Shown here in pieces: positions 10,084 through 18,946 of a stretch of DNA of 64,000 nt. Below the pieces are notes generated by a model. The model worked only from the letters and a program-made list of their open reading frames with translations, was not told the origin of the DNA and searched no databases. The DNA lies in the IMG/VR virus record IMGVR_UViG_3300010938_000023; one strand, given 5' to 3'. Source of the DNA: an uncultured virus (IMG/VR IMGVR_UViG_3300010938_000023). Taxonomy: Duplodnaviria; Heunggongvirae; Uroviricota; Caudoviricetes. The stretch's first letter is position 1. Every line of letters begins with the position of its first letter. Made by a program: the position numbers and the translations under genes.

Positions 10084-11259
10084 ATGGATAGCCAAAGCAC
10101 GATTTTCCAGAAACTTGCGCTTTTGGAAGCGCAAGCACTGGAGTCGCCCCAACTGGAATGCTATGTGGCTCGTGAGCGGCTGCCCGATGGTCGTGAGGTG
10201 CGTCGGTTCAAATATTCCGATTTCGAGCATACGACCCGTGCCCTGCGGAGCTTACTGACGGGCGACCGGAAGCTGCAGGAGATGTTTCCGGGCATTCGCA
10301 AGCTCACGGTCCGTGAAGTGCTACGGAGCGACGATCTGACGATCGCGTTACCGAAAGTCATCTCCGATATCATGGTCGAGCCGGTCGAGCCGGTCCTGGT
10401 CGCGTTACAGTATCTGACCAAGACGATCCCGGTCAATAGCTACTATTATGAGCTGACCCAGATCGGTGCGCTCCGGGCCCAAGAGATCGGGGGTGATCAG
10501 GAATATCCGATCCAGTACCTGAGCGCGGACCGCAAAGCGGCCAGCGTCCAGATCCGGAAATGGGGGGTTCGGGTCGCAATCAGCGAGCAGCTGATCAATG
10601 ATAGCGAATGGGACCTGATCGGAATCCATGTTCGGGCCGCAGGCGCGGCCCTGAACCGGGCCAAGGAGGAGGAGTACTGGAAGCTGGCCGAGGATGTCGC
10701 GCATGTCGTGTTCGATAACGACGATGCCGCGGCAGCCCATACGAGCGGGCTTGGCCCGGACTTTCAGACGCCGAACTATTCGATCACGATCGATGATTTC
10801 GTGACGTTGTTCGCGACCCTGATCCGGAACGGGTTCAACTGTACGGATGTGGTCAGCCATGCCTTCTTCTGGGAAGTGCTGGCCCGTGACCCGGAGCTGC
10901 GCTGGGTCTGGATGCAGGGGGGCAAGGCGGCCCCGCCGCTGGGCGACGAAGCGGCTGCGGCGTTCCCGTTTGCGTTCCAGGTGCATCTGACCCCGTTCAC
11001 GAACCCGGACGCAGGCGATACCAGCCCGGCCAAGATCCACATCTATGCGATCGATTCGTCCGATCCGGTCCTGATCCTGCAGAAGGATCCCCCTTCAACC
11101 GAAGAGTGGTCAGACCCCGCGCGTGATATTGTGAATTTCAAGGCACGTGAACGCTGGGGTATGGGGATCGGGAATGGCGGTCGGTCCATGGCAGTGGCGA
11201 AGAACGTACAGGTCGTCAAGAACTACGGACCGCCCCAGACGGTCGTGATCTCCGGCTAA
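10084..11259 (+). CDS. Major capsid protein (HK97 fold)
   Basis: 391 aa with IRKWGVRVAISEQLINDSEWDLI (K.G....IS.E.I.DS..D capsid motif) and a C-terminal FKARERWGMGI. Ribosome-binding site AAGGGAG. Confidence 0.9.
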   Translation: MDSQSTIFQKLALLEAQALESPQLECYVARERLPDGREVRRFKYSDFEHTTRALRSLLTGDRKLQEMFPGIRKLTVREVLRSDDLTIALPKVISDIMVEPVEPVLVALQYLTKTIPVNSYYYELTQIGALRAQEIGGDQEYPIQYLSADRKAASVQIRKWGVRVAISEQLINDSEWDLIGIHVRAAGAALNRAKEEEYWKLAEDVAHVVFDNDDAAAAHTSGLGPDFQTPNYSITIDDFVTLFATLIRNGFNCTDVVSHAFFWEVLARDPELRWVWMQGGKAAPPLGDEAAAAFPFAFQVHLTPFTNPDAGDTSPAKIHIYAIDSSDPVLILQKDPPSTEEWSDPARDIVNFKARERWGMGIGNGGRSMAVAKNVQVVKNYGPPQTVVISG

Positions 11260-11273
11260 GGGCCTTTTCGGTC

Positions 11274-11546
11274 GGACCCGGGCTTGGCAACGGGTGCGGG
11301 GCCAGGTCCCCCTCCGGGCTCTTGACGGGGCTCGTGAGGGCCTGTCCGGGTGGGGCCTGGCGATGTGTCATATAGGCCGGTCCGATCGCAAGTTCGGGCC
11401 CGGGCCTGGGTCACGGGCCGGTGGGTCAGGTTCTTAGCTTGGGTGACGAACGCGCATTTCGGGCCGAGCTGATAATCCGTACTGCGGACCGGCTTTCCTT
11501 GATGCTGCTCCTTTCCACGGTCCGTAGGGTTATTGGTTCGGCCCGA
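11274..11546 (+). ncRNA. Candidate structured RNA (capsid 3' UTR, processing site or small RNA)
   Basis: Stem 11274-11286/11389-11401 encloses hairpin 11301-11361. A second 29-bp stem at 11459-11491/11518-11546 has only G-U non-canonical pairs plus one 4-nt bulge. Confidence 0.55.
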
Positions 11547-11598
11547 TCCCTTTCTATTGGCTTACCAAGCGGGCTTGGGAGGCACGGAGCGGGCAGGT

Positions 11599-13242
11599 AT
11601 GGTACGACCTATCCCTATCCCAGAGGTCCTAGCGACCCGGCCAGAACATGGTGCAACCGCGGTAACGGTCGGTGCGACCGTGCAGGTCCTATGGAACACG
11701 GACCTGGACCGGGACAGCCTGCTTGGCCGGTTCCAGATCGCGCCGGTCGGCGGGCTCCCGTTGAGCCTAGCGACCTGGCACTATTCCGAACGGCTCCTAC
11801 AGTTTCGGGCCGAAGGGATGGAGCCGACGACCGAATATATGGTCGTGCTCCAACGTGGCATTCGGTCCGTCCTGGGCCAATCGTTCGATAGCAACTATTT
11901 CTTCAGTTTCGTTACCGGCACCTTAGGCACGGTAACGGCCCCGCAGCTGGTGGCACCGACCCATCAGAGCCGGATCGAGCATCAACCGATCTTCGAGTGG
12001 CAGCCGGTCAGTGGTGCCAAGCTCTACGAGATCGAGCTCTCCCCCAACAGTCATTTCCATCCACTTGAGTGGCAGACTCAGGTCGCAGCCAGCCTGACCA
12101 CGGTCCAGCCCGACGAGCCATTGGCGGGTGCTCGTTCCTATTTCTGGCGGGTCCGGGCTCAGCAGCTGGACAGCCAGCCGGGCCCGTGGTCGGACGTATG
12201 GACGTTCTATCTGGAGGATACCGGCCTCCCAGACCCGTACCAGCTGAGCCTGTACGAGCTACCGCAAGGCTTCTGGCTATCGGAAGTTGAGCCGTGGGAC
12301 GGGACTCGGGCAGCGTATCTTTCGTTACTGACCGTGACATTCAACCAGGCATTGGACCCGGACCAGGTCCGGCCCGATGGGACGTTGCCGGACGAACTGT
12401 TCCAGGTCTGGGAGCTGGACCTGTTCGGTGATCCGGCACGACCGGAACAGGTCTGGTCCGGTACGACCTATGTCGCGGGCAATGCGTTAGTCTTCTCACC
12501 GGCCACGACCGTATTGGGCTACAACTCGATCTATGAGTGGCGGGCCAGCCCGTTCCTACGGGCCAGCTCAGGCCAGATTCTGGGCCAGGCCCAGTCCGGC
12601 CTGGTTGTTGGGCCGATCACACCGATCCTCGCAACCCCGCGTCAGCTCCGGATGGAATATGGGCCGCTCTACCTGACTGACGTCCCGGACAGCTACCTCT
12701 GGGAGGCGATCGGTCGGGCTGGGCTGGTAGCGAAACTGCTCCAACAGCCGAACGGGCTGGTGGCCCACTATACGATCTCGGACCTACGCAGCCTGGGTTT
12801 CGTGCCGACCTTAGAGCTGGTGGACTATGTCAAGCTACGGGCCGCGTACCAGGTGGGCCGCTGGCGGCTGGCCGAGTTCGCGGTCCAGGTGGGTCGGAAC
12901 CTGCGGCTAGGCGATTTTAGCTATCAGATCGATCTGGACGCTTATACCGCGTTAGAGAACTATCTGAAACGGCTGGAGGATGAGCTGGCAGAGATCGAGA
13001 GCACGATCTTTGGCTGGGCTGGGGCACACTGGGTCGTGATAGGCCACATGTTCGATCCTGACAGATATCATGATACGCTCTATGAGCCCCGTGACCATCT
13101 AGGTCCCAGCGTCTGGGACAATACAGGTAGCAACTACCATTCGATCTGGTCCTGGCCGTTCGAGAGTGACCTATCGGGCCGAGGCACGGACACCTGCCCC
13201 GAAGGCTGGGAGGATGTCTGGTTCATCGTGGCAGATAATTAG
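11599..13242 (+). CDS. Ig-like (Big_5/SbsA-type) and FN3-like domain virion protein, probable head-tail adaptor at the C-terminus
   Basis: N-terminal PEVLATRPEHGATAV...YFFSFVTG is Big_5-like; YFWRVRA...GPWSDVWTF is FN3-like. The C-terminus has LRLGDFSY followed by a helix. Directly after the capsid gene. ATG 11599 preferred over the track start. Confidence 0.6.
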   Translation: MVRPIPIPEVLATRPEHGATAVTVGATVQVLWNTDLDRDSLLGRFQIAPVGGLPLSLATWHYSERLLQFRAEGMEPTTEYMVVLQRGIRSVLGQSFDSNYFFSFVTGTLGTVTAPQLVAPTHQSRIEHQPIFEWQPVSGAKLYEIELSPNSHFHPLEWQTQVAASLTTVQPDEPLAGARSYFWRVRAQQLDSQPGPWSDVWTFYLEDTGLPDPYQLSLYELPQGFWLSEVEPWDGTRAAYLSLLTVTFNQALDPDQVRPDGTLPDELFQVWELDLFGDPARPEQVWSGTTYVAGNALVFSPATTVLGYNSIYEWRASPFLRASSGQILGQAQSGLVVGPITPILATPRQLRMEYGPLYLTDVPDSYLWEAIGRAGLVAKLLQQPNGLVAHYTISDLRSLGFVPTLELVDYVKLRAAYQVGRWRLAEFAVQVGRNLRLGDFSYQIDLDAYTALENYLKRLEDELAEIESTIFGWAGAHWVVIGHMFDPDRYHDTLYEPRDHLGPSVWDNTGSNYHSIWSWPFESDLSGRGTDTCPEGWEDVWFIVADN

Positions 13243-13298
13243 CTTGGAAGCGGCCAAGCTCAAGGTGGTCTAACTTAGAAGAAGCGGATAGGGCGAGA

Positions 13299-14036
13299 AT
13301 GGCACGTACGTTCCCGGCATTTACGGCAGACACGATCGGGCAATATCTCCAGAGCTGCCCGGTGGCACGTGTGATCAAAGCGGTCACGTACCACCATACG
13401 TACCGACCGAACCAGAGCCAGTGGCGCGGCCATGCGAGCATGGAAGCGATCTGGCGGTACGATACCCAGCAACGGCCGGAACGGATGCGTGATATCGCGG
13501 CCGATTTCTATATTGGGCCGGACGGCCTGATCTGGGTGGGCCGGCCCTTATCGGACCGGCAGGGTGCCCATGCCTATATCACACGGGACCCGATCCCCAG
13601 CTGGGCCAATGGGGATCGGCAATGGCTGAACCGGCACGCCGTTGGGATCGAGCATGTGGGCGATTTTGACGGGCCGGACCGTGTGACTGAGCCTCAGCGT
13701 CAGGCCAGCCTCGCGTTGGTCCGAGCATTGCAGCGTCGGTTCGGGCCGCTCCGGCTGACCTTCCATCGGGAGGTGGCCCATAAGAGCTGTCCAGGCCAGC
13801 ATTTTCCGGGCCTGGACCAGTGGCGGGCCTGGCTCGCAGCCGGTTCCGAGCCGGGCCCAGACCTGGCGATGGACGAAGTCTGGCTCGAGCTGGACGGGCA
13901 GCGGTTGATCGAACGGGGCCGGTTATTCCAGAACCGGGTGTACCTGCCGGCCCGGGCATTGGAGCATTTAGGTTATACCCTGGACTGGGTGGGTTCTAAC
14001 CGGACCCTTCATATCCGGTCCGGATCGGACTCTTGA
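13299..14036 (+). CDS. N-acetylmuramoyl-L-alanine amidase (Amidase_2 family endolysin) with a C-terminal copper-amine-oxidase-N-terminal-like domain
   Basis: Zinc-amidase motifs YHHT, GAHA, AVGIEHVGDFD and FHREVAHKSCPG. C-terminal NRVYLPARALEHLGYTLDW pattern. Confidence 0.85.
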   Translation: MARTFPAFTADTIGQYLQSCPVARVIKAVTYHHTYRPNQSQWRGHASMEAIWRYDTQQRPERMRDIAADFYIGPDGLIWVGRPLSDRQGAHAYITRDPIPSWANGDRQWLNRHAVGIEHVGDFDGPDRVTEPQRQASLALVRALQRRFGPLRLTFHREVAHKSCPGQHFPGLDQWRAWLAAGSEPGPDLAMDEVWLELDGQRLIERGRLFQNRVYLPARALEHLGYTLDWVGSNRTLHIRSGSDS

Positions 14037-14120
14037 CGGGGGATGGGGGCCTACCCTGAAAAAAGACAGGATGCAACGAAATCCAACGTCCTGAAAAACT
14101 GAGGACAGTGGGAGTGAGCC

Positions 14121-14447
14121 GTGTCAGAGCAGCAAGCAGCATCTTCTTCGCGTTACCGTCAGGTGGAGCTGCCCGGTCTTGAGCAGTATGTCCGATGCGG
14201 GCCTGGTCTGGTTGCAGGCCCGACCGAAGCGGGCCCTATCGGCCCCACGGTCCGGAAGGTCAACATGTATCTGATGCTCGGGCTCGGTGTCCTCTGGTGC
14301 CTGGTCCTATTGGGGAACGGGCTGGTCACGTTAGTGGCCTGCCTCCGGGCCCGTACGGTCAGCCAGGACTATGCACGGTTACAGGGGCTATTGATCCAAC
14401 GGATCGAAGCGGCGACCTTGGACGGTGCCCACGGGCCGGATCAATAA
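14121..14447 (+). CDS. Small membrane protein, holin-like
   Basis: GTG start after GGGAG; one long hydrophobic stretch (MYLMLGLGVLWCLVLLGNGLVTLVACL); immediately follows the endolysin. Confidence 0.45.
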   Translation: MSEQQAASSSRYRQVELPGLEQYVRCGPGLVAGPTEAGPIGPTVRKVNMYLMLGLGVLWCLVLLGNGLVTLVACLRARTVSQDYARLQGLLIQRIEAATLDGAHGPDQ

Positions 14448-14497
14448 GCGGGCCAAGGGGTTAGGCAGCACTCTGGGCTTGGGGAGGTTGAAACGGG

Positions 14498-15718
14498 ATG
14501 CTAACGACCCCGACAGGTCTGACAGGCTGGATCGAGCCGGACCGACCCGGTGAGGTCCAGTTAGCCTGGCTGGAGGTACCGGAGCCGGTCGAGGGCTATC
14601 AGGTCTATCGTCAGACGGAGCTGATCGCGACCGTATCGACCGTGAGCTATACGGACCCGGACGTGCCGGAGGGCAGCTGGCTCTATCAGGTCCAGTCCTA
14701 TCAGTTAGACCCGGATCCGACCTGGTCGGAGCTGAGCAGTCCCGTCACAGTCTGGGCGGATTGGACTGCGCCGACCGGTGCGACCGAGCTGACGGGCATG
14801 GTCCGCGGTCTGACCACCCACCTGACGTGGTCCGTGGCGACCGATACGGTCGGGCTGGCGGGCTATGAGCTGGTTCGGGCCTGGACCTCGTTCACCGGGC
14901 TAACGGCTGCGCCCGTCACAATCACACTGGCCAGTACGGTCCTGGCCACGGTCGATGGGCCGTTACCGGCAGGTTGGTACCGGTACCAGGTCTGGGCCGT
15001 GGACTATGCCTCGAACCGGAGCGTGGGCTCGAACCTTTGTACGTTAGAGGTCCATACCTTCTATCCGGTCCGGGCCCAGACTGCGGGATATCGGACCATC
15101 TATCCCGGCGGGCTGACGGACCGTTGGGTGCGGACCGGCTACCCGTTAGATCAGCAGCTGGCCCAGCAGCAGTTCGATCAGCTTTTGGAGGCACATGGCC
15201 GCTGGTGGGTCTATGCCCGGCTGGACTGGACCCGGCCATGTCACCGGAACGATTATGATCAGGCTGGCTCGGACGAATGGCATGCCGACTGCCTGGGCCA
15301 GGGCTATCGGCTGATCTGGCATAAGGTCCGGGCACGTGACATGGGTAGCGGAGGTGGGTCCAACCTCGCATTCGACCTGACCGAGAGCCGGCTGGGCCAG
15401 ACGATCTGGAGCTGGGCCTGGCTCTATCCACGGCCACAGGACCTGATCTTCGAGGTGGACTGGGACGTGCCGGAATATTTGGTACTGGAACAGGGCCAAC
15501 CCGTCCGGCTACTGGCCGCCTATCAGATCAACCATGTGGATTATCCCAAAGGGCCTGGTGGGCAGCGGACCTATAGTCGTATGTTTGGCCATCCCCTGGT
15601 CCAGCCTTGGGCCCGGTACGAGCAGGTGCTCCGTCAGGTCCGGACCTGGACCGAACTCGCAGGCCCGAGCCCCGACCTGGGTGAGGGGCTCCGGGCCCGG
15701 CCGGGCCGTCGTAGCTGA
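14498..15718 (+). CDS. FN3-domain neck or head-closure protein
   Basis: Two FN3-like repeats (GYQVYRQ...SYTD...YQV; YRYQVWAVDYASNRS). C-terminal domain with PCH...HADCLGQGY of the kind seen in head-completion proteins. Confidence 0.55.
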   Translation: MLTTPTGLTGWIEPDRPGEVQLAWLEVPEPVEGYQVYRQTELIATVSTVSYTDPDVPEGSWLYQVQSYQLDPDPTWSELSSPVTVWADWTAPTGATELTGMVRGLTTHLTWSVATDTVGLAGYELVRAWTSFTGLTAAPVTITLASTVLATVDGPLPAGWYRYQVWAVDYASNRSVGSNLCTLEVHTFYPVRAQTAGYRTIYPGGLTDRWVRTGYPLDQQLAQQQFDQLLEAHGRWWVYARLDWTRPCHRNDYDQAGSDEWHADCLGQGYRLIWHKVRARDMGSGGGSNLAFDLTESRLGQTIWSWAWLYPRPQDLIFEVDWDVPEYLVLEQGQPVRLLAAYQINHVDYPKGPGGQRTYSRMFGHPLVQPWARYEQVLRQVRTWTELAGPSPDLGEGLRARPGRRS

Positions 15719-15838
15719 GCCCAAGGGCTCAGAGCCACGGGCCAGGTCGAACGGGCCGGTCGTTATGCACGTTTTTTTTTTGCGGGCCGTTTTCCGGGCC
15801 CGTTTTAGGGTCTAGAGTGAGGGAGTGTTGGACCGAGA

Positions 15839-17632
15839 ATGATCCAGTTCAAGACCGGGCCCGCGGACCTTGCGATCCTGGGGATCGCACTGGACGGACC
15901 GTTGAACGAGCCGGTCCGGTTAGACCCGAACCGGGCGGATCCGAGCTGGCTCTGGGCGGGCCGAGTACTCGAGGAACGCGCCCTCAGTACCGGCCCGGTC
16001 ACGTTAGGCTGGCCCGTCCAGTCGAGCGATCTGTTGGCCTGGCAGGAAGCGATGGTGGCCCGACGGGATAGCACCTATGCCGGCACGCTCCGGTACGCAA
16101 CCGAGGATCAGCGGACCTATCGGACCTATCGGCGTCGGCTGGTGCCGGGCACCGAACAGGTCTGGGTCGATGGCCAGACCCTGGCTCGGGCCGACGGGCC
16201 GGAGCCCGGTCCGGGCGAGTACGTGGTACGGTCCTACCCGGAGGGTTTGGTCCGGCTACCGGAAGGGTCGGTCGGGCTGGCCTGCACCATCGAGTATCGG
16301 TACTGGTCGGACCAGTGGCTGGCGACCCAACTGCCCCAGCTGAACTGGCAATCGGACCGTGTGTTCGAGCATGCCGCCATCACGGCCAGCACCTATATTC
16401 TGGACTATGCCGTCGATCTGGGCACATACGGGCTGGTCCAGGCCTACTACGCGGTCCAGCCTTATCTGGCAGACTGGAACGGGCTGGGGACCAAGCTGGT
16501 CCGGCTAGGGGCGGCCAGCCTGGCCAGCTGTAGCCTGGGCCCGTTCAGCTTCTGTGCCCAGTTTCCCGGAAGTGCCTATAACGGATGGACCGTGCACTGG
16601 TTCATGGAGCCCCAGTACCAGTGCCTGAGGCTGGACCTGGGTATCAATCGCTACCGGGTCCGCAGCCTGGAATGGCACTTCACTAAAAGCTCGGCTCTGA
16701 GTGCGGGCCAGGGCCCCCACTATTATCCCACCTATCAGCAGCTGATCCAAGCGGTCCGACGTGACGTACGGTTGCCCTTATTGGTGGACTATCCCACCGA
16801 CTGGGCTGGGAGCCTCTGTACCGCGCTCTTCAGTGCCTCGACCTGCGCAACGTTCGATGGCGGCCGAGACGATCCCTGGCCGCCGGACCCAGCCCAGATG
16901 CGGGCCTGGCTGGCCGAGGGGCTGGCCGCAGTCTCGGAGACGGACGTGGTCTGGCCGGTCGGGATCGAATGCGGGTATGGGCCCGATAGCCTGTTCCCGC
17001 CCGTCCTGGACTGGCTGGCCTGGCAGCAGGCCGAACGGAGATCGGACCGAGCCCTGGTGGTATGTGAGTTCGCGGGCCTGGACGCCGTCCGCACGGTCCA
17101 GGGGATGGGGCTGGGCCAGCATCTGGTCGTGGCTGCTGGGACATTACTCAATCTGACGGAGGGCCAGCCCCGGGGGCCCGCGGGCCCCGTTGCCGCGGTA
17201 CTGGCACGGGCCGAAGCCGGGCTGGTCCAGATCGGATACCTGGCTCGGCTGGCCGAACCGTTCAGCTTAGGTCAGTTAGAGCAGTTCCGTACGGACGGGG
17301 TCCTCGCGTTACATGAGACATGGGGCCGTGGCATCCTGGCCTATGCCAATGTGACCGTTGGGGGCTGGAACCCACTCCATATCCGGCAGCTCCAGCGGTG
17401 GTGCCGGCAGGCCCAATCGGAACTGACGGGCTATATCGGGACGGCGAACTGGCTGGGGCTGGAGCAGCATCTCCAGCAGCTGGCGGAGACGTGGCGTCAG
17501 ATGCCGTTGGTCCAGGACCTCCAGTACCAGATCACGAGCGAGCCGGATCAGAACCGTGCCAGGCTGAGCCTCGCCGTCCGGTTCTATCAGGCCCTGGACT
17601 ATATTCGGACCGATATCTGGCTGGGCCGTTGA
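15839..17632 (+). CDS. Divergent tail-sheath-like protein
   Basis: The C-terminal ~110 aa (HIRQL...LTGYIGTAN...RARLSLAVRFYQALDYIRTDI) parallels the C-terminus of the sheath at 18947 (TIRVV...GMGYIGKPN...RVIVNLHLRPVREILFVELVI). Confidence 0.55.
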   Translation: MIQFKTGPADLAILGIALDGPLNEPVRLDPNRADPSWLWAGRVLEERALSTGPVTLGWPVQSSDLLAWQEAMVARRDSTYAGTLRYATEDQRTYRTYRRRLVPGTEQVWVDGQTLARADGPEPGPGEYVVRSYPEGLVRLPEGSVGLACTIEYRYWSDQWLATQLPQLNWQSDRVFEHAAITASTYILDYAVDLGTYGLVQAYYAVQPYLADWNGLGTKLVRLGAASLASCSLGPFSFCAQFPGSAYNGWTVHWFMEPQYQCLRLDLGINRYRVRSLEWHFTKSSALSAGQGPHYYPTYQQLIQAVRRDVRLPLLVDYPTDWAGSLCTALFSASTCATFDGGRDDPWPPDPAQMRAWLAEGLAAVSETDVVWPVGIECGYGPDSLFPPVLDWLAWQQAERRSDRALVVCEFAGLDAVRTVQGMGLGQHLVVAAGTLLNLTEGQPRGPAGPVAAVLARAEAGLVQIGYLARLAEPFSLGQLEQFRTDGVLALHETWGRGILAYANVTVGGWNPLHIRQLQRWCRQAQSELTGYIGTANWLGLEQHLQQLAETWRQMPLVQDLQYQITSEPDQNRARLSLAVRFYQALDYIRTDIWLGR

Positions 17633-17652
17633 GGCCGGGAGCACTTCCAACC

Positions 17653-17705
17653 CCTGACCTGGCCTGGCCTGGCCTGGCCTGGTCTGGCCTGGCCTGGCCT
17701 GGTCT
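17653..17705. repeat. (CCTGG)n pentamer microsatellite, about 10 copies
   Basis: cctga cctgg cctgg cctgg cctgg cctgg tctgg cctgg cctgg cctgg tct, read directly. Confidence 0.95.
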
Positions 17706-17836
17706 AAAATGGGTTGTGGTCTTCCTTCTTCCCGGTCTAGGCTCTGGGCTGATGGTCTTAGGCTCTGGGCCGATGTGGGGAGTCAGGTAGAAAGAAGAAA
17801 GCAGCAGTAGCAGCAGCAGCAGGTGAATCAGGACCG

Positions 17837-18721
17837 ATGTCGGACGATTCCTACAGCTTAGCAGACCAGATTGAGCACCGACCGCCCTTCCCGAACTGGT
17901 ATTTACAGACGGTCCCACCCCAACGGGCCTGGGGCAGCGTCCAGACCTATCAGCAGTTCACGCACCTGTTCGCAGCACTCATGGCACGGGTCGTGCCCGA
18001 TTGGGTGGTGGCACCCCGCTCGGACCAGCAGCTGACAAGTACGGGCCCGATGCCACGGGTGCTGCACCATCTCCGGATGGCCCAACCGGTCCGGACCGAG
18101 CCCAAGGCCCGGCAACGGCCGCCGGACCGGGTAGTGGACGAGAAGGGCCGGGTCATACAAGTGCTGGCACAACGTGCGATCTATGTGGTGCAGTTCGATT
18201 GCCTGGGCCATACGGAATCGGAATCGGAACATGCCCGGGACCGGCTGCAGCTGACCCTGGCCCACTATACCGGCTGGTTCAAGCTGATGGGCGTCCAGCA
18301 GATGTTCTGGGACGAGTTCCCAGTTGCCGTGGAGCCGGCAGCGGCAGAAGGGCCCTGGGTCCGGTCCACACGATGGCAGATAGTCCTAGAGCAGCTTTGG
18401 TTCCAGCCAGAATATACTATCCAAAAGGTTGGCCTGGACCTGTACCAGATGACCGAGCTGGTCGAGAACGAACGGGTGGACCGGAGCGGTAGGTTGAGCC
18501 TCCAGGATCGGTTCCAACGGGATCGGGTCTGGCGGGTCCTGGTGGTGGGCGAGACGCCCAGCAAGGTGCAGTATCTCGAGGGCCTGCACTACCTGGGTCG
18601 GCCTGATGGGCTGGAATGGCTGGTGCCGGACCCCCCGACCGAGTACTATGTGACCTATACCGTCTTCGTCCAACCGGACCGGACCTGGCTGACCGATGGG
18701 CCCAGTTCGGACCGAGCCTGA
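17837..18721 (+). CDS. Putative tail terminator or tail completion protein
   Basis: Position just before the sheath. AIYVVQFDCLG...HYTGWFKLMGVQQMFW beta-helix-beta pattern resembles tail completion proteins. Confidence 0.5.
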   Translation: MSDDSYSLADQIEHRPPFPNWYLQTVPPQRAWGSVQTYQQFTHLFAALMARVVPDWVVAPRSDQQLTSTGPMPRVLHHLRMAQPVRTEPKARQRPPDRVVDEKGRVIQVLAQRAIYVVQFDCLGHTESESEHARDRLQLTLAHYTGWFKLMGVQQMFWDEFPVAVEPAAAEGPWVRSTRWQIVLEQLWFQPEYTIQKVGLDLYQMTELVENERVDRSGRLSLQDRFQRDRVWRVLVVGETPSKVQYLEGLHYLGRPDGLEWLVPDPPTEYYVTYTVFVQPDRTWLTDGPSSDRA

Positions 18722-18737
18722 ATCGGGATCGAAAACC

Positions 18738-18919
18738 GGCTCCCGGGGCCTCACCGGGGGTGGGCCCCGGGGCCCGAAATCGGGTCGGGACCTGAACGAG
18801 CTCGGACAAGCCTGAACGTTTCCGTTACCGACCAGTCCTGCCTTCTTTGGGCTGGGTTCCAGGCACCAGACTATTTGGGGATAAGGCCCGTCACGCAGAA
18901 CCTCCCCCAAAAGGTCTGG
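18738..18919 (+). promoter_or_regulatory. Two hairpins upstream of the sheath gene, followed by TATGATAAT and GAGGAGG
   Basis: GC-rich stem at 18738-18774; second stem CCAGACTATTTGGGG/CCCCAAAAGGTCTGG at 18866-18919. Confidence 0.55.
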
Positions 18920-18946
18920 CTATCTATGATAATGAGGAGGTAAGCT

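Noticed and set aside
15772..15781. T10 run as an intrinsic terminator
   Set aside because: No convincing stem immediately upstream of the T run.
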